Source: Bacteroidota bacterium
GTDB lineage: Bacteria; Bacteroidota; Bacteroidia; J057
Direction: 5' to 3'
Assembly: GCA_003696835.1 (NCBI GenBank)
Contig: RFHT01000822.1
Span: 1 to 12,008, forward strand
DNA length: 12,008 nt
Shown in pieces: positions 1 to 5,621 of the stretch (positions are counted from its first letter, which is position 1; every line of letters starts with the position of its first letter). The position numbers and the translations under genes were made by a program. The notes under the pieces were generated by a model. That model was not told the origin of the DNA. It saw only the letters and a list, made by a program, of their open reading frames with translations, and searched no databases.

Positions 1-79
1 AGCTCCGTAGGAGCTTGACCTTTGTAGCTGATCAGCACATAACCATTCTTGAAGCCCCAGCGGGGCGATACATTTAATC

Positions 80-93
80 GCTGAAGCTTCAGC
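80..93. terminator. Short palindromic hairpin GCTGA-AGCT-TCAGC between convergent stops (weak candidate bidirectional terminator)
   Basis: This is a 14-nt perfect palindrome, which can form only a 5-bp stem and a 4-nt loop. It lies 6 nt after the protease stop (100-102) and 3 nt after a plus-strand frame-3 stop at 75-77. No flanking U-run is present. Confidence 0.2.
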
Positions 94-99
94 TTGCAT

Positions 100-1896
100 T
101 TACCGGATTACAAATTTGTGTACCTTTCGCACCACATTGGCCTGCACAAAACGGGCCACGTACAAGCCCGGCGGCTGATGGAGGCGGATAGTTTGGGAAT
201 TAGCTGGCAGCAGTTGACGGGTATGCACCAGTTGTCCCAGTGCATTGAACACCTCCAGCCTCAGGGGGGTAGCAATCCCTTCCAATTCAACAGTAAAGCG
301 TCCGGTATTGGGGTTGGGGTAAAGGCGGATGGCTTCTTCTTCAGGCATGTTAGGCGAAAGGCCCACACTTAAGCAGATGGGCCGGTTTTGCAGCCCGCTT
401 TCACAGGTGTAAAAATTAATGACGTCGGTGTGAATACCTGCGTACAGCAGGGAGTCGGCTTCCAGCAGGAGCTGCACAGCATCCTCCATGCTCATTCCGA
501 TGCTGTTGGCATACATTTGCTGCAGGGCAATGCGGTCGGCAGCTTCTGCACCTATCTCTTGCCTGATGCGCATGAGGGTGGAAGCCCAGATTTCCCCATA
601 GGCGTAAATGTTTCGCTGCTCAGGCGGGTAGGTGTTGAGGGTGGCAGCATCCCGCCCACTCCAGAATTCGTTGTGTCCATCCCAGTTGAAGAGCTTGTTC
701 CACTCAAAGGGGTCGATGTCCTGGGAGTAACGCGCGGCCAGGTAGTCCCCAATTCCTTCATCCAGGGCACGGCGTTCGAATCCGCTGAGGGTACCGGGTG
801 CTGCCGCATAAGAAAGGGCGTGCCCATACTCGTGAATGATGACGTCGGCATCTTCGGCATCATCTACGCCCCCTTCTCCATATTTGATATAGGAGTTGGG
901 GCCGTTTGGGATGAAAGCAGAATTATCGCCGGTAGAGCCGTGGGCATCTACCCGGAAAGGGCCATTCTGGAGGTTGGTGAACCCCAACGACTGCACGTAG
1001 CGCTGAAAGCGGTCAATGTGGTAATACACCATCACATCTTCAAAGCCACTGCTGTCGCGCCTGAAGAAAAAATTGCCGTCGGTGGAACTTACTGGCTGGC
1101 GGTTGGGACTGGTGATATCCTCTACTTTCACGTAGGGCCCCTGCAGCAAGAATCGCCCCTGTTCAAATGTGAGGTCATTAAGAACGACTGTATCCATCAG
1201 ACTTTCCAGTATGGCCTGGTGCTGGTCATTATTGTCGATAAACAGATCGCCATAAGCTACCTTTGCCTTTGTGCAAGGGTTGGGCATGAAAACCCTGCCT
1301 CTGCCACTGGTATCGGCAGGGTGCGCATAGCGGTTTTGGTCTTCCCGCAGCAGCAGTTCCCCACTTTGGGCATGAAAGAGCAGGAGTTCATTTCGTCCAC
1401 TGTCTTCTTCAAAACGGTGCAACTGAAAGACGGGCAGGCTTTTGCCTTTTTGCAACAGATAACATGCCTGGAATTTTCCTGCATCAACTCCCAGCTTTTC
1501 GGCTGTGCTTCTGGCTACAGCTTCTTCCCGCGGTCCAAAATCCGGGAGGCTTTGCCCGGGCAGGTCTTTGAGGTAATTCATCACCGATATAACCTCCCCT
1601 TTGCGATTGAGGTTGACTTTAATGCCCCCGTTGAAGACGGGGAAGCTTCCGTAATGCTGCCCAAACGTATAGTGCCACCCACCCGGGCTTTGTACTTCGT
1701 ACAAAAGGCTGAGGGTGTATTTGCCCTGGCGGAGCAGGGGAATTTTGGTGCGCAAAAACGACTGCAAGGCAAGTTCGGAGCGCCCGGGAAGCGCATAAGG
1801 CTGCATGCGCTGATATACGCCTGGCGACTGGGGATATGCCTGCAAGCAAGCAAGCAAAGCCAGCAGCAAACTGAGATGTGTTAAATGAGTTTTCAT
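100..1896 (-). CDS. Secreted zinc metalloprotease (gluzincin-type HExxH...ExxxD) with T9SS C-terminal sorting domain
   Basis: Track ORF 100..1902 starts at GTG. The ATG at 1894-1896 gives a classic signal peptide, MKTHLTHLSLLLALLACLQAYPQ. HEYGH is encoded at nt 820-834 (minus), followed by ALDEGIGDY, an ExxxD candidate for the third zinc ligand; it resembles the HEYTHG...ExxxD pattern of M4/M36 proteases. The C-terminal ~77 aa, 'IRLYPNPNTGRFTVELEG...LPPGLYVARF...RKVHKFVIR', fit the Por/T9SS C-terminal-domain pattern. The plus-strand 498-aa ORF at 388..1884 is its antisense shadow. Confidence 0.85.
   Translation of the reverse strand: MKTHLTHLSLLLALLACLQAYPQSPGVYQRMQPYALPGRSELALQSFLRTKIPLLRQGKYTLSLLYEVQSPGGWHYTFGQHYGSFPVFNGGIKVNLNRKGEVISVMNYLKDLPGQSLPDFGPREEAVARSTAEKLGVDAGKFQACYLLQKGKSLPVFQLHRFEEDSGRNELLLFHAQSGELLLREDQNRYAHPADTSGRGRVFMPNPCTKAKVAYGDLFIDNNDQHQAILESLMDTVVLNDLTFEQGRFLLQGPYVKVEDITSPNRQPVSSTDGNFFFRRDSSGFEDVMVYYHIDRFQRYVQSLGFTNLQNGPFRVDAHGSTGDNSAFIPNGPNSYIKYGEGGVDDAEDADVIIHEYGHALSYAAAPGTLSGFERRALDEGIGDYLAARYSQDIDPFEWNKLFNWDGHNEFWSGRDAATLNTYPPEQRNIYAYGEIWASTLMRIRQEIGAEAADRIALQQMYANSIGMSMEDAVQLLLEADSLLYAGIHTDVINFYTCESGLQNRPICLSVGLSPNMPEEEAIRLYPNPNTGRFTVELEGIATPLRLEVFNALGQLVHTRQLLPANSQTIRLHQPPGLYVARFVQANVVRKVHKFVIR
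103..333 (-). other. T9SS (Por secretion) C-terminal sorting domain of the metalloprotease
   Basis: This covers the last ~77 codons, with the 'YPNPxxGxFTVE' beta-strand motif near the domain start and a K/R-rich hydrophobic terminus. The pattern is characteristic of Bacteroidota T9SS cargo. Confidence 0.65.
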
Positions 1897-1908
1897 ACCC
1901 ACTCTTTC

Positions 1909-2499
1909 CTAAGCTAATACGTCAACTTCCAGTCCTGCATCCTTCAATTTCTGGTACAAGCCGGGGAATTCCCCCTCATAAATAGCTAACGTCTGCGTAC
2001 AGCTATCCGTGTAAGTTGCATCCACCAGCTCAGTGTCATAAGGATGTAAGATACGATTAATTTCTGAAGTTTGGGAATAGGGAAAATGCAGGCGGAAGGT
2101 AATTTTGGGCACCAGGGGTTCTCTGGCCAGGCCCTCCAGGGCTGCTTCGGCAGCCGAACGGTATGCCTCAATGAGGCCTCTGATGCCCAGTTTGGTCCCC
2201 CCGAAGTAGCGAACCACCACGACCAGCACATTGGTGAGCTCCGCAGCATGTATGGCTGCCAGTATGGGCGGGCCCGCGCTGTGGGTGGGCTCGCGGTCGT
2301 CGGTGGCATACGCTTCTTCTCCCTTTGCTCCCAGCCGCCAGGCATAGCAATGGTGGCGGGCGTCGTAATACTTTTTTTTCAGCTCACGCAGCCGCTGCCC
2401 AATTTCTTCCTGGCTGTGCACCGGGAAAGCAAAGCTGTAAAACTTCGACCCCCGGTCTTTGACCAGTCCTTCTCCTGCTTCTTTTAGTTGGAACAACAC
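1909..2499 (-). CDS. yigZ: YigZ / IMPACT family protein (UPF0029 N-terminal domain plus C-terminal DUF1949-like domain)
   Basis: The 196-aa ORF carries family-diagnostic motifs, 'DRGSKFYSF', 'DARHHCYAWRLG' and 'VVVVRYFGGTKLGIRGL', which align to E. coli YigZ (KKSRFIT / DARHHCVAW / VVVRYYGGILLG). The track start is GTG at 2497-2499. The stop at 1909-1911 lies only 7 nt from the protease GTG/ATG, so the two genes are probably co-transcribed. Confidence 0.85.
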   Translation of the reverse strand: MLFQLKEAGEGLVKDRGSKFYSFAFPVHSQEEIGQRLRELKKKYYDARHHCYAWRLGAKGEEAYATDDREPTHSAGPPILAAIHAAELTNVLVVVVRYFGGTKLGIRGLIEAYRSAAEAALEGLAREPLVPKITFRLHFPYSQTSEINRILHPYDTELVDATYTDSCTQTLAIYEGEFPGLYQKLKDAGLEVDVLA

Positions 2500-2556
2500 G
2501 CTTTCAGGATTAGTTTTTCAACTCATTAGCTCTGCCTGCACATGCGGGTTCAGCAC

Positions 2557-4425
2557 TTATCGTTTTTCAAATACCCCCGCGCCAGGCTGATTTTCCTTTC
2601 CCCTCCAGTCGGGTTGCCAGAAGAGGGTACTCTCGTGCATGCCCTCCATATCAAAGTCTCTGACTATCACATTCAGCCGGAAGCGTTGCCAGCTGCCCCC
2701 ATAGCGTTCATCCAGGTAAGTAAGGGGGATGGCTACTTCGGCAATGTAACCACCTTCGGTAGTTTTGCACGCCCATTTTGTTCCCTCTGGCAGGCGGCCG
2801 TGCCCCTGCACGCTGCCGCCCTTGGCGGCGCTCAGCCCCACGACCAGGGCATTGCGCCAGTTGGCTGCGGAGGTAGCAGCCGCAGGCGTAGGGTCCAGAA
2901 TAAATGCCAACCCGTCCTGCTCCAATGCATTTTTATGCTCATCCAATTCCAGCTGATCGTCCCACACTTCTGCAGCCAGGTACAAAAAGGTATCATCATA
3001 TTGTACGTCAAAGGCAAAAGAGGCATCCTGGCTTCCCTGATAGGCAAAAGGGGAAGCCTGCACAAATTCGGCCTCTTCAATGCGCTGCGAAAGCTGCGGC
3101 CAGTCGGTCAGTCGGCCATCTATTTGCACAGCCCCGGCTGCCCTGCTTATATCGTAAATGGGTTGGGGCTTCAACAGGTAGCTGAAGTTCATTTCCAGCT
3201 CAGCTTGCTCCGGGGGCAGGTACACCACCCGGGCTTTCAACTGCACGGGCTGCATCTCCTCAAGGGGAATAATCACGTCCTCTTTGGACCTCAGAGGCAG
3301 GTCCACCAACTCCACAGAGTTGGGGGGCAGGCTGCGCTCAAAAGGTGCAAAGGCTGCCCATAGGTCCTCATTGGAAACGGCTTCCACAAACACTTTCATG
3401 GGTACTTCGCTGTCGTTGGTGATGCGCAGCCTGGCAGCCCGCCCGGAAAATATTGCTTCGCCCTCCAGCAGGCCTTCAATCAGCAGGGGCTCCTTGTTCA
3501 TCAGGGGGCGGGTAAGGGCATAACGCGCTTCGGTATTCACGTTCTGGTCCCATATTCCGTCCAGTAGCAGGTTGGCAATGATGGGGCCTTCATCCGTCAT
3601 ACTTACCCACACCACGTGGTCAAACTCTCCAAAGGCGGACCCTCTGAGGCTGCTGCCCCCTCCGGTAGTGGCCAAAATAAAGTAGTTGGACGCATTGCGG
3701 CTGTATTTGACATAACGGTGCCTGTGCCCGGCAAATACCGTGTGTTTCCGGCCCTGCAGCAAGCGCTCTACTTCGGGCCAGAGACCGGGGTCTTCCTGAT
3801 CCCAGAGGGGCTGGTGCAAAAACACCAGGGTCCACTTCACGCCGGGGTGCTCCTCCAGCACCTGACGTATATAGGCCAGCTGAGGCTCGTCTATGTAGCC
3901 TTTGCCCGAGCCGCGCATGCGTTCCTCTGAGTTGAGACACAAAAACAGCACCTCTTTGTACACAAAATGATAATAATCCCTGCCAAAGCGCTCCTTCCAT
4001 TTCCTGGCCATCACTTCATTGATGTAGTCGTGGTTGCCGGGCACATAGAAAAAGGGCGCCTGCAGGCCGGAAATAAAACCCGTGAACTCCTCCCATTCCT
4101 GGTCGATACGGGCTTCATCTTCTGTGTAGCCCTCGATGAGGTCGCCCACACTCATGACAAACTCCGGCTGCAGTAAGTTGAGCTTTTCAATGGCCGTGGG
4201 GAATACGCCCGGGCGATGCCCGCCCGTGCGGTCGGTCACAATGGCAAACTGAAAAGTAGCCGGGGCATTGTTTACCCGCAAATGACTCCAGGGATTCTGT
4301 TCTCCCTGGGTGTTGACCAGGATACGGGCCTGCTGGCTACACAAGCATACAGGCCACAGCAACAACAGGAAGACAACCCCCTGCACTAGTTGTAATTTTT
4401 GCATTTTGGGAAAAAGTTTTGCCAT
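2557..4425 (-). CDS. Secreted calcineurin-like metallophosphoesterase with C-terminal CBM9/DOMON-like carbohydrate-binding-type domain
   Basis: The N-terminal half carries metallophosphoesterase motifs: IVTDRTGGH, GDLIEGYTED, GNHDY, FLHQP and GHRHRY. The C-terminal ~300 aa contain 'IDGRLTDWPQ' and 'FAFDVQYDDTFLYLAAEVWDD', as in family-9 CBM-like domains. Track ORF 2557..4497 starts at M1, but the signal peptide (MQKLQLVQGVVFLLLLWPVCLCSQQA) follows M25 (ATG 4423-4425) and M32 (ATG 4402-4404). I place the true start at 4425 or 4404 and treat 4426-4497 as AT-rich promoter, not coding sequence. Confidence 0.8.
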   Translation of the reverse strand: MAKLFPKMQKLQLVQGVVFLLLLWPVCLCSQQARILVNTQGEQNPWSHLRVNNAPATFQFAIVTDRTGGHRPGVFPTAIEKLNLLQPEFVMSVGDLIEGYTEDEARIDQEWEEFTGFISGLQAPFFYVPGNHDYINEVMARKWKERFGRDYYHFVYKEVLFLCLNSEERMRGSGKGYIDEPQLAYIRQVLEEHPGVKWTLVFLHQPLWDQEDPGLWPEVERLLQGRKHTVFAGHRHRYVKYSRNASNYFILATTGGGSSLRGSAFGEFDHVVWVSMTDEGPIIANLLLDGIWDQNVNTEARYALTRPLMNKEPLLIEGLLEGEAIFSGRAARLRITNDSEVPMKVFVEAVSNEDLWAAFAPFERSLPPNSVELVDLPLRSKEDVIIPLEEMQPVQLKARVVYLPPEQAELEMNFSYLLKPQPIYDISRAAGAVQIDGRLTDWPQLSQRIEEAEFVQASPFAYQGSQDASFAFDVQYDDTFLYLAAEVWDDQLELDEHKNALEQDGLAFILDPTPAAATSAANWRNALVVGLSAAKGGSVQGHGRLPEGTKWACKTTEGGYIAEVAIPLTYLDERYGGSWQRFRLNVIVRDFDMEGMHESTLFWQPDWRGKENQPGAGVFEKR

Positions 4426-4474
4426 TTTTTCAAACATTTTAAAGTAGCCGTCGTAAAAGAATTTGATACATGAT

Positions 4475-4491
4475 TTAACACATTGTGTTAA
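4475..4491. promoter_or_regulatory. 17-bp perfect inverted repeat TTAACACA-t-TGTGTTAA in the divergent promoter region (candidate operator)
   Basis: Reading directly: the 8-bp arms TTAACACA and TGTGTTAA are reverse complements around a single central T. The site lies in AT-rich DNA just upstream of the plausible start of the metallophosphoesterase gene, within the divergent intergenic region. Confidence 0.35.
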
Positions 4492-4585
4492 ATTCATACA
4501 TTCTTATATTTTATTATCAACCCTATGAATAGACTACTTCAGCAAAGAATTTTAAACACCTCCCCTCCCGCTGTTACTGGCTAGT

Positions 4586-4599
4586 TCCTACTTTGCACA
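4586..4599 (+). promoter_or_regulatory. Shared 14-nt motif TCCTACTTTGCACA, copy 1 (276 nt upstream of the YqiJ-like gene)
   Basis: An identical 14-mer is present at 7878-7891. The match extends to 15 of 16 positions (gtTCCTACTTTGCACA versus gcTCCTACTTTGCACA). It contains TTTG, like the Bacteroidota -33 promoter element. Confidence 0.3.
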
Positions 4600-4875
4600 A
4601 TTTCTTTTGACCATTTTCAGTATTTCAACGTATCAGATCTGAGCTGATGAGCTGCAGGGAGATGCGCTTTCTGAGCCGAATTTTCCGCAGCGTTTCACCA
4701 AATGTACAGAACTTTATAGAATGAGGCACTATTGCCTTGCAATATCTTGCATCTGCCCGGTGGCAGCAAGCTGTAACATTGTGCCAACTCCGCTCGTCCT
4801 GAAAGTGAACACGTACACGCTTCCCTCTTCTTTTCCCGGAAAAACCTGAAGCAAATCTTCATTTCAGACACAAGT

Positions 4876-5565
4876 ATGACCGAACTTTTTCATCTCGCTT
4901 TTTCAGCTCCCCACCTGCCCTACACCATGCTGTTGCTGCTTATTCTGCTGTACTGGATGACGGTGATCATTGGGGCCCTGGATCTGGACTTTCTCAACAT
5001 TGAAGTTGACACGCCCGATATGGACCTGGATGCAGATATCGATATGGACTTAGACACAGAAGTGGAGGTGGATACAGAGGTGGAGGCTGGCCAGGAGGTT
5101 GCGGCTGGCGGGGGGGCATGGCTGCTGAAAACCCTGGCCTTTTTCAATATAGGCAAGGTGCCCTTTATGGTATTTTTGAGCATGTTTGTACTGGCGCTTT
5201 GGGTATCTTCTGTGCTCAATTATCACTACTGGGGACACGCCTTCAAGGATTTTTTCGCCTGGTGGTTTTTGCCCAATGTGCTCATTGGTCTCTTTGCTGC
5301 CCGGCTGCTTACCGCGCCATTTAAAGGTACATTTGCCACCATGAACCAGGAAGGCCGTAGTAAGCGGGAACTGGTGGGAAAAACCGGCGAGGTGGTGATG
5401 CGCATAGGAGCGGGAAAAATAGGCCGCCTGGAGGTCTTTGATGGCGAAGAACATTACAGCCTGGACGTAAAGGCAGCAGGCAACAAGGTGATAGAAAAAG
5501 GTCAGCAAGCCATAATAGTAGAGTATAATCCCCAAAAGGATATGTACCTGGTAGAACCCTTTTGA
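4876..5565 (+). CDS. YqiJ-like / NfeD-like inner-membrane protein (N-terminal TM, acidic linker, two TM helices, C-terminal OB-fold beta-barrel)
   Basis: This 229-aa ORF has a hydrophobic N-terminal helix (MLLLLILLYWMTVIIGAL) and a central pair of TM helices (FMVFLSMFVLALWVSSVL / FLPNVLIGLFAARLL). Its C-terminal ~70 aa, 'GKTGEVVMRIGAGKIGRLEVFDGEEHYSLDVKAAGNKVIEKGQQAIIVEYNPQKDMYLVEP', match the NfeD/YqiJ OB-fold tail in pattern and size (E. coli YqiJ is about 209 aa). It sits immediately upstream of a flotillin gene, as in yqiJK and yuaF-floT. Confidence 0.75.
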   Translation: MTELFHLAFSAPHLPYTMLLLLILLYWMTVIIGALDLDFLNIEVDTPDMDLDADIDMDLDTEVEVDTEVEAGQEVAAGGGAWLLKTLAFFNIGKVPFMVFLSMFVLALWVSSVLNYHYWGHAFKDFFAWWFLPNVLIGLFAARLLTAPFKGTFATMNQEGRSKRELVGKTGEVVMRIGAGKIGRLEVFDGEEHYSLDVKAAGNKVIEKGQQAIIVEYNPQKDMYLVEPF

Positions 5566-5621
5566 GATCGTTAAGCATTATTTTTTATTCCTCTTCACTC
5601 AACCAACAATTTAATTAGATC

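Noticed and set aside
388-1884. 498-aa plus-strand ORF overlapping the protease gene
   Set aside because: This is an antisense shadow of the minus-strand gene. The minus frame carries the signal peptide, the HExxH motif and the T9SS C-terminal domain. The plus-strand product is low in sequence complexity and has no recognisable motifs.
2372-2379. T8/A8 homopolymer inside yigZ (encodes LKKKYY)
   Set aside because: A·T runs of 8 are common at this base composition and are below the usual threshold for a slippage-prone tract. I found no evidence of a frameshift.
2542-3363. 273-aa plus-strand ORF
   Set aside because: This is a shadow ORF antisense to the metallophosphoesterase gene, which has clear catalytic motifs on the minus strand.
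4644-4680. Hammerhead-ribozyme-like CUGAUGAG...CGAA core in the intergenic region
   Set aside because: The sequence following CUGAUGA (GCUGCAGG...) cannot pair with the sequence preceding CGAA (...CUGAGCC) to form helix II. Also, GAA is followed by U rather than the conserved A. The match is therefore just the common 7-mer.
5110-5116. G7 tract (in the YqiJ-like gene), and C7 tract at 10757-10763 (in the giant gene), as phase-variation sites
   Set aside because: About two G/C homopolymers of 7 or more are expected by chance in 12 kb at ~52% GC. Both tracts encode ordinary Gly or Pro residues in frame.
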